Positions 40,585 to 52,499 of a DNA stretch of 64,000 nucleotides are shown piece by piece. The DNA comes from Octopus vulgaris (taxonomy: Eukaryota): positions 38,254,001 to 38,318,000 of the forward strand of contig OX597822.1 in NCBI GenBank assembly GCA_951406725.2. Direction: 5' to 3'. Every line of letters starts with the position of its first letter. Position 1 is the first letter of the stretch. The notes below the pieces were generated by a model. It made no database searches and was not told the origin of the DNA. It was given only the letters and a program-made list of their open reading frames with translations. The position numbers and the translations under genes were made by a program.

Positions 40585-41207
40585 AAAGGCTTCATGACTG
40601 CAGAGGACTTGTGAAGGCTTGAAAGAAATGAAGCTTGCATGTTCTGCTGGATGGGTAATAGCAGTGTGCATGCATAAGAGTAAAACTGGGTATAAGAGGC
40701 ATCAGATGTTGTGTGCAAGAGAGAAGACTGTACTGGTTTGGTCATATGTTGCATATGGATGAGGGCATCTGTGTAAAGAAGTGCCGAGCTCTAATTGTGG
40801 AGGGTACCTGTGGAAGGTGTAGACTTAGGAAGATGTGGGACGAAGTGGTGAGAAAGGATCATCCTTCAAATGCTGGGCCTCACTGAGGAAATAGCAAGGG
40901 AATTGGAGACATGTCAAGCTAAGTAAAATTGCCATCCTCCACACATATAGGTTTGTCCTTTCATGTACTGGTTCCAGATAAAAATCGCCTGTGCCGGTAC
41001 TGCTTAAACGCACCTGTGCCTCCTGTGTCATGTAAAAATATCTGGTGCACTCTGTTAAGTGGTTGGCGTTACGAAGGGCATCCAGCCGTAGAAACCATGC
41101 CACAACAGACAACTGGAGCCTGGACAGCTCCTTGTTAGCCAGCTCTCATATCAAACCGTCCAACCCATGCCAGCATAGAAAGCGGACGTTAAACGATGAT
41201 GATGAGA
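40585..41207 (+). mobile_element. Same RTE family, ORF2 end plus 3' UTR ending in (GAT)n; source of >15 short 3'-end copies in the window
   Basis: RLERNEASMFCWM...WFGH followed by gggcatccagccgtagaaac...ccaacccatgccagcat..acgttaaacgatgatgatga. The same tail recurs at e.g. 13490, 18850, 27272, 31280, 46490, 51600, 56246 (+) and 5140, 14503, 47230, 52830, 57478 (-). Confidence 0.8.
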
Positions 41208-41399
41208 TGGAGGCGGAGGATGGTGATGATAATGATGGTGTGTGTGTGTGTACATATCATAGATACGCTGTACTTTAGTTTTTATTATAAAGAACTTTCA
41301 AGATCTTTTTTTATTCCATCTTATATCTGCGAAGAAGAATTTTGACGCTGGAAAGAAAAATGAAAAACAACTATATATATTTACATATATTTATATACA

Positions 41400-41500
41400 C
41401 GAATCACGCTGGAATTTTCTGCGGACTTGCTCATGCTGCTAAAATACACTTCCGGCTCCTTGCCAAGTAAAAGATGGCGTTTCTAGATGTTAAAGTAAAT
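41400..41500 (+). promoter_or_regulatory. USP40 core promoter / first exon
   Basis: Start of a second CpG-rich block (~41.3-43.9 kb). ETS-type ACTTCCGG at 41448-41455 and YY1-type AAGATGGCG at 41471-41479, typical of housekeeping TSS regions. Donor AAA|gtaaat at 41494/41495. Confidence 0.6.
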
Positions 41501-41873
41501 GTCTGTTCATGTTGGCCAGTCTTTCATCCTTTCTCTCCCTGCAGCGGCTTCGTTTACTCTTTCCGCTTGGGTCCTCACCAGCTTTTATGACCCAACGAGC
41601 CCGGCTTGATACGCCAAAGGCCTCTCAACCGTTGACCATATATACACAACATATTGTATATAAACTATAGCATATTGTATATTTATTATATACATATACA
41701 TATATGTATACATAACAGACAGTTTTATTACTCTTTCTGAAATATAAATTAGTGGAAGTGAATTATATTTCTTCTCCCTAACTAACCATCCTAAACTCCA
41801 AAGAAAACAACACTTGTTTTTTTTAATTTCTTCGAAGTCGGAGTTGACTTGGACGCCGAAATTTAACGTAACC

Positions 41874-42120
41874 ATGTTTGGAAACTTATTCGATGAAGAA
41901 AGCTATCAAAACCCGCAGGAAACACATACCCCTAATCAACAACATATATCTTGTTCGGGTGGTTCAACTTCGGGTGATACCGAACTGAAAGCTCCGTCAG
42001 TGACTTCACCACCGCCTCTAGCACGGCCGCAATGCCGTCTGGCTGGACTTGGCAACCAAGGAGCCACCTGCTACTTGAATTCTCTCTTGCAGACTTTGTT
42101 TCTCACGCCGGAATTTAGAG
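41874..42120 (+). CDS. USP40: USP40 (ubiquitin-specific peptidase 40) first conserved coding exon, Cys box
   Basis: MFGNLFDEE start and [25 protein letters not shown] catalytic Cys box match USP40; donor G|gtaata; 247 nt, phase 1. Confidence 0.95.
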
Positions 42121-43717
42121 GTAATACACCTACCTATACAGTTATATACATTCCACACATTCACATAGGAATAACTGATATAATATACGCACGTTTTTGC
42201 ATATGTAAGGCTTAACATCTTAACTACGTCATATTAAATATTCGTATAGTTGCGATTTCTTTCACTTTCTCTAACTACGAATGTACATTCTTGTATGTGT
42301 GTATATATATATACATACATACGCACACACACACATACTCGTACAAAAATATAGACACCTTTAAGTTATTCACCAAAATCAATTTTGTGGTAATTCACTT
42401 ACTCTTTAAAAAAATTATAGGCGGGTCCAATATACCCGCAATATTTCGCGACATCTCTATAACCCCCACCGGGACTTGGAGTCCCAAAGTAAGGCATATA
42501 TATATATATATGTGTGTCTGTCTGTTCACAAAGATACGTTTCCCTCCCGGTTAACTCCCTCACGGTAGCGTTATAGCATCGCTCCCTTTTCTTCCACGAG
42601 GTCTCAGCTGCTGTCAAAAACAAAAATATGCAATTTGTAAGCGTTAAAATTGCCCCATAAACGCACTCATTCAGGATTAAAGTTATTTGCTGTCATGTTA
42701 TTTCAATTCTATTCAACCGTGAATAGAATTGTTGTTTTTTTTTCCCCCCACCCTTCATTTTTACGATTCCTATATTTCATACAAAAGGAATTACAATTCT
42801 GATGAAATTTTTTCGCCCAAATTTCAATCCTTTATATTCTCACTTTGAAAGTGAAATTCATGTTTTCCCTATTGGGTTTGATGTCTTAAATGAACCTGAC
42901 CAGGAAGAAAAAAAAAATCGGAAATCACTCATTCTTTGAGATCGATCCCTCATCCTCAAAGTGGGACGGGTATAATAGTAAAGAGTTACCCTTAAGCTTC
43001 TCCGATAAGGTAGTTATAGCTATTCCAAAAATTGACCATCATTGTAATTAATATATTAAAAAAAAAATTACAATTTAGTAAAACGTTGTAATAGGAAATC
43101 CAGTTCACCATTTTATATATTATATGAAAATTATTTTTCTTTGATCGATATATTAAGTGGTCAAGAGTGAAGTACCCTTGTTTCTTATTGCAGATAATTG
43201 GAATTCGAGTATAATTTTAAGAAATATATTTTTGTAACTGCGTATATACACAAACTGGTGGAGTTTCGGAAATTCTAGAGCTTACTGATCTTTGACTTCT
43301 TTTCATCATAATTTTAAAAATAAAAACGCATATTTTTAAATGAATTTTGCAGAGATAACATTTTCGAAAGGGTTTTTTTTTTTTTTAGTGGGGGTTAGTG
43401 GTGGCGGAGTTTCGAATCGTTCTCCGTCCGCCAGATTTTGTTGTCATCAATTACCCTGACTTTAGCATTTTTCAGTTTTTTTTTTAAAAAACAGATTTGT
43501 GTGTTTAAAATATCAGTATTATTTAATCTATATTTTCGAAAAGGTGCGTTTGCAAAATTTCATATAAAAAATATGCATTCGAAAGAAAATTATGGGGAAA
43601 CAGAAGTCTGGAAGCGTAGAATAATCAGAAACTAATTAATCATTTTTACTGAAATTTTGGGGGTAGAGGACTAATCGATTACATCGACCCCAGTGTTCCA
43701 CTGGTACTCATTTCATT

Positions 43718-43803
43718 AGGCGAAGGTAAAGAATAAGCACACCCGGTATTTAGGGTTAGGGGTCGCAGAAAACAGGGTAGTGTGTGTATTCTTGACTTCC
43801 GCC
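43718..43803. mobile_element. 86-bp MULE-type MITE with internal TTAGGG repeats, nested in a family A SINE
   Basis: 9-bp TSD CATTTCATT (43709-43717, 43804-43812); imperfect TIRs ggcgaaggtaaagaataagcacac / gtgtgtattcttgacttccgcc; host SINE resumes on both sides. Confidence 0.75.
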
Positions 43804-45859
43804 CATTTCATTGACCCTGAAAGGATGAAAGGTAATGTTGACCTCGGTGAAATTAGAACTCAGAACAAAGAAAATTCCTTCGAGGTCGATTTAATCTATC
43901 CGATACTAATAATTCTAATTTTGGCACAAGACCAATTTTAGGTGAAGTGAGTTAGTTTATTACATCAACTCCAGTGTTCAGTTAGTACTTATTTGATTGA
44001 CCCCTAAAGAATGAAAAGCTAAGTTGACCTTGGTGGAATTTGAACTAAAAAATCAGACAAAATTCCGCTAAGCTTTTTGCTTGATACACTAACAATTCTG
44101 CCAGCTTACCGCCTAAATGGTTTCAAATTTTGGCATAAGGCCAGCTCTTTTAGGGGGAAGAATTAACTCAAATTACATCAACCCCAGTGCTCAACTGGTA
44201 GTTATTTTATTGACCCCCAAAATGATGAAAGCAAAGTCGACCTCAGCTGAATTTGAACTCAGAATGTAAAGAACTAGAACAAATGCCACCAAAGCAATCT
44301 ATCCAACCTGTGAACAATTCCAGTAGCATCCTGCCTTATTAATAACGGTTCTAAATGTTGGCATAAGGTGAGCAGTTTTAGAGAAGGGGTTTAGTTTATT
44401 GCATCGACCCTAAAAGATGAAAGGCAAAGTCAGTCTCAGTGGAATTTGAACTCAGAACATGAAGATCCAGGAGCATTTTCACTGATGCACTGACAATTTT
44501 ACCAGCTCACCATCATAACCATCCATATCCAGGCAAAATATTCTACCTGTTTTATGTTCCAGCTGACCAGATCCAGCCTTTCCCACTTACAATGTCATTA
44601 TAAGAATAAGACAGTCACATCATTAAAATCTTGAAGCTATGAGATAATGTATCATTAATTCAAAACAATGTGATTAAGTATAGCCTTTGACAGAGTAATC
44701 ATCATCGTCATCATCATTGTTTAACATCTGCCTTCCATACTAGCATGGATGATGCTAAAGGGTTAATATTATCAACATAATCATAATCTACACTCTTGGA
44801 AATGCTTCTCTGCAAAATCTTCTTTTAAAGATATGTATATTTCAGAAAATTATGAGGAAACAAAGTGGGGGGGGGGGGGGGGGACACCAAACTAGTTATG
44901 CCATTTCCAATCAGAAGCTACTTATCTCATTAGAAAGGAAATGGGTTGTCTTCTCTCTCTCTTTCTTTTTAATTCCTGTGTTTCATACATCAAAAATTAC
45001 AATTTTTAAATATAAAAATTTTCTGAAAGCATAATATTGTTACCTTCTCAGTAACGTTATCCTTTCCTTTTCTGCTCCTCACCTCCAAGGTGGTCCATTA
45101 ACCGTGTTCAAAATAAAGTTTTCATTCTTATATATATAATTCATTCAGTTAGGTATATTGTGCAATTGAAAGTTGAAGCTGAGAAAACGTTTTATGGCTG
45201 TTTTAATCAATTTATTAAATAGCACTTTTGAAAGCTTGGGCTTGTAAAAGATGCTATGCTTGTTAAAAGTTTGGGTAACACTGGCATACATTCTCCAGAG
45301 ATCTTTCATATTATGGCCATAAAACTCCAAAGAAAATTCAAACAAAAATCAGAATAACAGAATATAATACAAACATGAACATCATTGTTTTAAGGTACAA
45401 ACGAGTGGGGCTTTTCCAAAGAATCCCTGGAGTAACATTACTCAGTGGATGAATAGCTTGCTGATCAAAGAGTCTCTCCAGGTTCAGTGGCTACTTCACT
45501 TCATTGAGAGGGTACAGATCTGGCATTATGAACATAGGCGCAAGTGTGGCTGTGCTGTAAGAAGCTTGCTTCCCCAACCACATGGTTCCAGGTTCAGTAT
45601 CTTCTATTACAGCATCAGGCCAACCAAAGCTTTGTGAGTGGATTTGGTTGATGACAGAAACTGAAAGAAGCCCATCATATGTGTGCGTCTTTGAGTCTGT
45701 GTTTGTCCCCCGCCACCGCTTGACATCCAGTGTTGGTGTGTTTATGTCCCTGTAACTTCGTGGTTTGGCAAAAGTGACTGATAGAATAAGTCCCAGGCTT
45801 TAAAAAGAAACGATGAACACTGGGGTCAATTCATTTGAATCAAAACTCTTCAAGGCATT

Positions 45860-46100
45860 AGATTTGCATGGTTGTAATCTACAAGAATAAAAATGTCATT
45901 GGAATGCTGTAGGGAAGAATCACAAGACAGATTCTTCAAGTTGTGCCAACTGGCAGGAGACTTAGCGGCAGACCAAGAACGTGACGGTTGGATAATTAGT
46001 TGGTCACACTTGGAAATCCAGCACATGAGTATAATGATGGTTACGTCTGATAGGACCCTATGGGGGAAGTGTCTGGGCTCTACTCCCATGACTCTCCCTG
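45860..46100 (+). mobile_element. Third RTE-like (Expander/Rex3-type) ORF2 end fragment
   Basis: RITRQILQVVPTGRRLSGRPRT..LD..SWSHLEI resembles the P.G.R..GRPRTRW.D...W..LGI terminus. Confidence 0.5.
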
Positions 46101-48228
46101 GAACAGTAGGCAGTAAATTTGGTTGGATGGAATACGGGAATGAGCTGGCAGAATCGTCAGCACGTGGTACAAAATGTTTTGCAGCACTTTTGCATTTATT
46201 CTGACCCTTATTATCTTGAGTTCAAATCTTGTTGAGGTCAACTTTGTATTTACTATAAAATAAAGTAGCAATCAAGTACTGGGATCAAGGTATCGACTGA
46301 CTCCCTCCTCACCAAAAACTGCTGACCTTGTGCCAAAATTTGAAGGTTTTTTTTTTAACCCTTTATCATTTGGATTACTCTGTCCTTATGTATTTGTATT
46401 ATCTTGAATTGATCATGCACTATTTCATAGCTTAGAGATTTCAGTGATGTGATTGTTTATTATTAGAATGACATTATTGGGTATAAGCACCTTTTGAGCA
46501 TTGGGCCTCATGGAGGCAAGGACCAAGACCATTTGGTATTATGCTGGGCTTTGTTTGTTGGGCCACACAGAGGCAATGACTAAGTCCATTTGGTATTATG
46601 CTGTACTTGAGAAGACCCATCAAGCCAAGTAAAATTGCAGTTGTGGCAGATACCAGTGTCACACAAATGGCACCTGTGCCTGTGGCACGTGAAAGCACCC
46701 GTTACACACTTGGAGTGGTTGGTGTTAGGAAGGGCATCCAGCTGTAGAAAACCATGCCAAAACAGACTGGAGTCTAGTGTAGCCTTTCAGCTTTCCAGCC
46801 CTAATCAAACTGTTGAACCCATGCCAGCATGGACAACGGACGTTAAATGATGATTATATGAGAAGCCACATCTGGTTGGTTTAAAATTAAAGCAGGTAGA
46901 ATATTCTCTGGCTGGTTTAAATGCTAAAAGGTATATAACATGTAGTTGAATAAAATACATAATTTAACAATTGTAATATTGTTTGGTCCAATATTGTAAT
47001 GACTCCACTGGGTTGTTTTTGAAACTTCCAGACTGGTTCTCTTATTTTCCATTCCAAGCTCTTTAGCATTCTGATTACTCTGTCAAATGTCATGTTTATA
47101 TATTCACATTGTTTTTAATTTGCCCTTTAGCATTTAAACTAGTCATATCTGGCCTAAAATATTCTATCTGTTTTAAGTTCAAACCAGCCTAACCTGGCCT
47201 CCCACACTTACCTTACGGTGTCATTCATCAACATCATCATCATTGTTTAACGTCTGTTTTCCATGCTGGCATGGGTTGGACAGTTTGTGGTCTAGCGAGC
47301 TAGAGGGCTGCACTAGGCTCCAATCTGATCTGGCAAAGTTTCTACAGCTGGATGCCCTTCCTAATGCCAACCACTCTGAGAATGTAGTGGGTGCTTTTAC
47401 ATGCCACTGGCAATGACCATGCTCGAGTGGTGCTTTTTATGTGCTACCAGCATGAGTGCCTTGAAACTACAAGATAAAACATGATTAATTCAAAACTATG
47501 TGAATAAATAAGCTTATTTGATAAAGTAATCTGAATGTTAAATAGTTTATCTTGCTTTATCTCAGATTCAAGATTTCAATGATGTGATTAATTATGCTTA
47601 GAATGACATTGTAGGGTAGGTGTGAGAGGTAGAATCTGGCCAGTTTTAACATAAATCATGTAAAATATTTGAGGTAGATGTGGCTGGTTTAAATGCTGAT
47701 ATTGCTGTTCTTCAGAAAATTTGGTATCCATGTTTGTAATTGATTCTGGTTTGTGCATTTAAACCGGCTATATCCAGCCAAAATATGCCTTCTGTTTTTA
47801 TGTTCAAACTGGCCTGATCTAACCTCTGACACCTACCCTACAATGAGATAAAATTATCTCAAATCTAGGAGACAATACATGATTGATTCGAAGCAATATG
47901 AATAAATATGCTTTACATTTGTCGGAGTGATTTGAATGCTAAAGGGTTAATACTGTAGCATGGGTTTGCCAGTTCTTCTTTGTTGCTTTCGATCTGAGGT
48001 CAACTTTGAGACATTGCTTCTGACCATGTCCGTGCTGTATCTAGGACTACATTATTCAGTGTGCCCTTCCTTAAGACAGTGGGGTGTGTTTTGAGGGAGA
48101 GTGGCTGTTATTTGTATCAGGTCAAGCAACTACATAGCAGACTCCCTCACTAGCTTCATATAACTGTTTTTTTGCTCACAGTAAAAAGGTAGACTAAAAT
48201 ATTCTACTTCTAAACTATATTTAGTTAT

Positions 48229-48509
48229 TCAGTTCTATATTTAAGAGATGAGGAATTATGTACATTATTTACATTTGATGGATATTTGTCTTCATCTTGT
48301 TTGTTGGTGTAGTGGTTAAGAGTGTGGGCTACTAACCCCAAGATTCCGAGTTCAATTCCAGGTAGTGACCTGAATAATAATAATATCAAAAAATACCTTA
48401 GGAATGAGAACCTAGGGTTGAAATTTCTCCAAGACACCTGATGAAGGCTGGCCGAAACGTGTTAACAGCAAACAAGATGAGGACAAATATCTGTCAAATG
48501 TAAATAATG
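48229..48509 (+). mobile_element. tRNA-headed short retroelement with hammerhead core and Penelope-like inverted 3' copy
   Basis: 13-bp TSD TATATTTAGTTAT (48216-48228, 48510-48522); 43-bp inverted repeat 48261-48303 / 48469-48511; A box 48305-48315; B box 48348-48359; CTGATGA-AGGC TG GCC-GAAAC at 48438-48458. Confidence 0.8.
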
Positions 48510-49111
48510 TATATTTAGTTATGTTCTGTGATCAGGTATTCTATTCTTGATCACCCTATATTTGTGTAAGATATGGATCTGGGACTACATTATCTAAGCT
48601 GTATGTGTGTCTCCTACTTTAAAACTATAGTGTGTGTTTTGAGGGAGATTGTCTGTTTCTAATATGCCAAACTAACATGTAGAGACTCAGAGACAATTAG
48701 TGGAAGTTTTGTTATTTATGGATCTGGAATTAAATTGGCAGCCCATGTAGTGGTTTAGATATGTTACTTAGTGAATCTATGTTGGGGAGTTTGTGGCTAT
48801 TCTCCTGGTAGAGGCCAGACAGGGAGATGCTGCATATTGTGTGGTAGGAGACTAAACTATTTATTTTTTAAAGTTGTATGTATACTAGTGGGTTAATACC
48901 TTTCATTTGATGTTAGTGCAGTTGCAATTTCAGGTTAAATATTTGCTCTTTATGAATGTTTATGTTCCATTCTCTCTTCATCTGTCCATACGTCTATTCT
49001 GTCTTTTAAATAAATATATCTGTACGTTATGTATTTATATAACTGTGTATGTATATATGAAATAGTATGTTTACATATCTATCTTCATTTTTATCTATGT
49101 GTGTGTGTATA

Positions 49112-49156
<45 letters not shown>

Positions 49157-49231
49157 TACACATGCACTCTTCTATTTTTATCTCTACCTACTAACCTCAT
49201 TGATAATGTTTAAAGACCATAATGTTTAAAG

Positions 49232-49452
49232 GTGGCGAGCTGGCAGAAATGTTAGCACACCGGGCGAAATGCTTAGTGGTATTGCGTCTGTCGTTGTGTT
49301 CTGAGTTCAAATTCCGCCGAGGTCGACTTTGCCTTTCATCCTTTCGGGGTCGATAAATTAAGTACCAGTTACGCACTGGGGTCGATGTAATCGACTTAAT
49401 CCGTTTGTCTGTCCCCTCTATGTTTAGCCCCTTGTGGGCAATAAAGAAACAG
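49232..49452 (+). mobile_element. tRNA-derived SINE family A, young copy (others at ~3243, 8650, 39180, 43650-44510, 46135)
   Basis: A-box-like GCTGGCAGAA, B-box GAGTTCAAATTC, core gcctttcatcctttcggggtcgataaa (resembles the MetaSINE-type central domain, from memory); 13-bp TSD ATAATGTTTAAAG at 49219-49231 and 49453-49465. Confidence 0.85.
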
Positions 49453-49555
49453 ATAATGTTTAAAGACCACATGAATCTCACAAACTCCTATGTTTCTACC
49501 ACAAAACAATTATGTTATGTCTCCAACTATATTTCTGTTTCGTTCTTTCTTCCAG

Positions 49556-49623
49556 AGAGCCTTTTCAGCTTGGGTGAAAATGAACTTGGAAAACTATCAG
49601 ACCGCAATAACCCTGATGCTAAG
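49556..49623 (+). CDS. USP40: USP40 coding exon 2
   Basis: (E)SLFSLGENELGKLSDRNNPDAK; ttccag / gtaaac; 68 nt, phase 1/0. Confidence 0.95.
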
Positions 49624-52025
49624 GTAAACTCACCAATATATTTGCAGTTCCACTCTTGCTTTACTAGTGACCCTGGTTTACCTTGCATTTGTACTACTAA
49701 ACATTAAATAGTACAATGGAGACACTTTTCTCAAAATTTAATAATTCAAAATAAAAGCTTTTTTTTTTTTTTCATATCAAAAAATGTTTCCTTGTCTGGT
49801 TGTGGTCCTTAATCCACTGCTTAGTTTAACACTATTATCTGCTCCTTGAGTATCTTTAAACATTCTCTGTTTGGGTGGTAGACCTAACACTCACCATCCT
49901 ACATGTCTGTTTGACCTGTTAGGAATAGTAGCCACATTTTTCTTAAATCATGCTCTATTTTTCGCTTATTGTCCATTCTTCTATGCTGGCGTGGCTTGAA
50001 TTAGGGAGGGGTTAGTTTGTAGTAGGATTTTATAGCTTGGATGTTTGTTGCTAAACCTTACCTGTTTTCAAGCAAGGGCTTTTATTTTTATTCTAGAGAT
50101 CTTCAAAAATAGAGTTAGTTGCCATAATTTTAAGAAGGAATGTCAATTTCACCACCATATGTTCACTCAAGTGGTGACCACATGGAATATCAACATTTAT
50201 GCACATTTGTGTGTATGCACTTACACAACAGGTTTCTTACAGTTTCCATCTACCACCAAAGTCTCTAACAAGGCATTGGTTGTCTTGGAGTTGTAGTGGA
50301 AGGCATTTATCTCAGGTACCTTGTGGTGGGACTAATCCTAAAGCCACACAGTTGCAAAGTAAACTTCTTAACCACAGTCATACCTGCACCTATTATCTGT
50401 AAACAGGGAAGAACTCGTTAGCTAATGTAGACTTTTAATATTTTTCAGAAGAGATGAGATTGTCATGATTGTTATACCTTTGATAATAGGTGTTCTTGAT
50501 CAGGTCTGACTTGGGGCTGAACTATAAATCTACCACAACTTACATAGATGCTGAACTTTCTAGAAATAGCAGTCAAATTTCCTTCAAATCACATCACTCC
50601 ATCTTAAAAAGGAAAGATTTGTTTGACTTTTATCTTTTACTTGCTTCAGTCATTGGACTGTGGCCATGCTGGGGCACTGCCTTGCCGGGTTTATTCAAGC
50701 AAATTCACTCCCCTTCCATTTTAAGAAGTCTGGTACTTATTCTATTTGATCACTGTGCTGAAGTGCCAAGTTATGGGGATATAAACAAACAAACACCAGT
50801 TGTTAAGCAGTGGTTGGACACACATACTCAACAGACTTCCACACAATTTCTGTCTACAAGATTCATTTACAAGGCATTGGTCAGCTCTGGGCTGTAGTGA
50901 AGATCCTTGCCTAAGGCACCATGCATTGGGACTGAACTTGAAACCATGTGGTTGCAAAGGGAACTTCTGAATGACACAGCCATACCTGCTCCTATGGTCA
51001 TATTTGGAATGTTTTAATCAGAGCTAAGCTAAGGTCTAACAGCAGCAACTGTTCCTCAAATTCAATCTGGTTTCAACACAACTCCCCCCTTCTCCCCTGT
51101 TCTTTTCAGTAGAACTACAGCTGTTGGCATTGTGGAACATTTCTATTGGTCTCAGTAGTTACAGAAGATCTACTGGCACCACGTGAAAGGCATTATTTAA
51201 CTCAGTAATTTTGAGCTGTAAAGAGTTCTGAGAAAATTTATGGATCTTATACCTTTTGTTTTCTCATTTCTTCGTCCAATCCTCACATTGTTATTTTTGT
51301 TGTTACTGTTGGATGTTGGAGTGACAGAATCATTTGAGCATTGAACAAAAATGCTTTGTGGTATTTAGTTATATAGCTCTTTGCATTGTTTATCGAAATC
51401 CTGCCGAGGTCAGCTTTGCTGCTCTTTATTCTTGAATTAATAAAATCTATCCCAGCAAAGTACTGCAGGTGATTTATTCATATGTACCCTCCACCACTTG
51501 AAAGAAAATGAATATAGGCTTTGGACGTTTGCAAGAAAAATTATCATTGGTGTTGGTGGATTATCAAAATTAAGATGGAAACCAAAATAGAAATTGTAAT
51601 TGTGGCCAATGCCAGTGTTTCCTGACTGGCACCCATGCTGGTGGCACGTAATAAGTACCATTCATGTGTGGGTCAATGCCAGTGTGGCCTGACTGGCTCC
51701 CCATGCCGGTGACACATAAAAAGCACCATCCAAACCTGGTCAATGCTAGTCACCCCCTCCCGACTGGCTCCTGTGCTGGTGGCATGTAAAAAGCACCATC
51801 CAAATGTGGTCGATGCCAGTGCCGCCAGACTGGCTCCCGTGTCGGTGGCATGTAAAAAATGCACCCACTACACTCTTGGACTGGTTGGCATTAGGAAGGG
51901 CAATCCAGCTGTAGAAACCTTGCCAGATCAGATTGAGGCCTAGTGCAGCCTCTTGGCTTGCCAGTCCTTAGTCAAACCATCCAACCCATGCCAGCATGGA
52001 AAGCAGACGTTAAACAATGACGATG

Positions 52026-52069
<44 letters not shown>

Positions 52070-52336
52070 CTCATCATTTAACGTCCATTGTCCATGAAGG
52101 CATGGGCCAGAGTATGTGTGTGTCTTTGTCTCCCCACCACTGCTTGACAACCAGTGTTGGTGTGTTTGCATCCCAGTAACTTAGATTCTTGGCAAAAGAG
52201 ACCGATAGAATAATCACCTGGCTTGAAAAAGAAATACTGGGGGTCAATTCATTCGACTAAAAATTCATCAAGTTGGTGCCCCAGCATGGCCGCAGTCTAA
52301 TGACTGAAACAAGTAAAAAGAAAGACAAGTGTGTGT

Positions 52337-52499
52337 GGACTCTGAAGATGATTGTATTTCTTAAGGTTGTTCAATTTCTTTCAATCAATCGACTGATTGA
52401 ACAAATGGAACAAGTTCAATTTCTTTCAATCAATCGACTGATTGAACAAATGGAACTAGGAATGCACCTATAATGTATATCAGAAACAGCTGTAAGTCT
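52337..52499 (+). ncRNA. Type I hammerhead ribozyme motif with expanded stem-loop II
   Basis: Stem I GGACT/AGTCT, core CTGAAGA (52342-52348), stem II TGAT...ATCA, GAAA (52483-52486), minimal palindromic stem III AC-AGCT-GT, cleavage triplet GTA (52492-52494). Confidence 0.72.

Noticed and set aside
27115-41400. A hidden third protein-coding gene between ABCF2 and USP40
   Set aside because: All coding-like stretches resolve to transposon relics or repeats; no chain of phase-compatible exons found by eye.
42510-42980. Helitron-like non-autonomous element (gtctgtctgt start, gggacgggtataatagt end)
   Set aside because: Terminal CTAG and 3' hairpin are not intact and there is no second copy in the window; not supportable without a library search.
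44866-44883. Poly-G run, potential G-quadruplex
   Set aside because: Simple homopolymer in an intron with no supporting context.
48305-48372. tRNA gene candidates at this and other SINE heads
   Set aside because: Acceptor and anticodon stems are incomplete and each head continues into repeat body sequence; these are SINE promoters, not tRNA genes.
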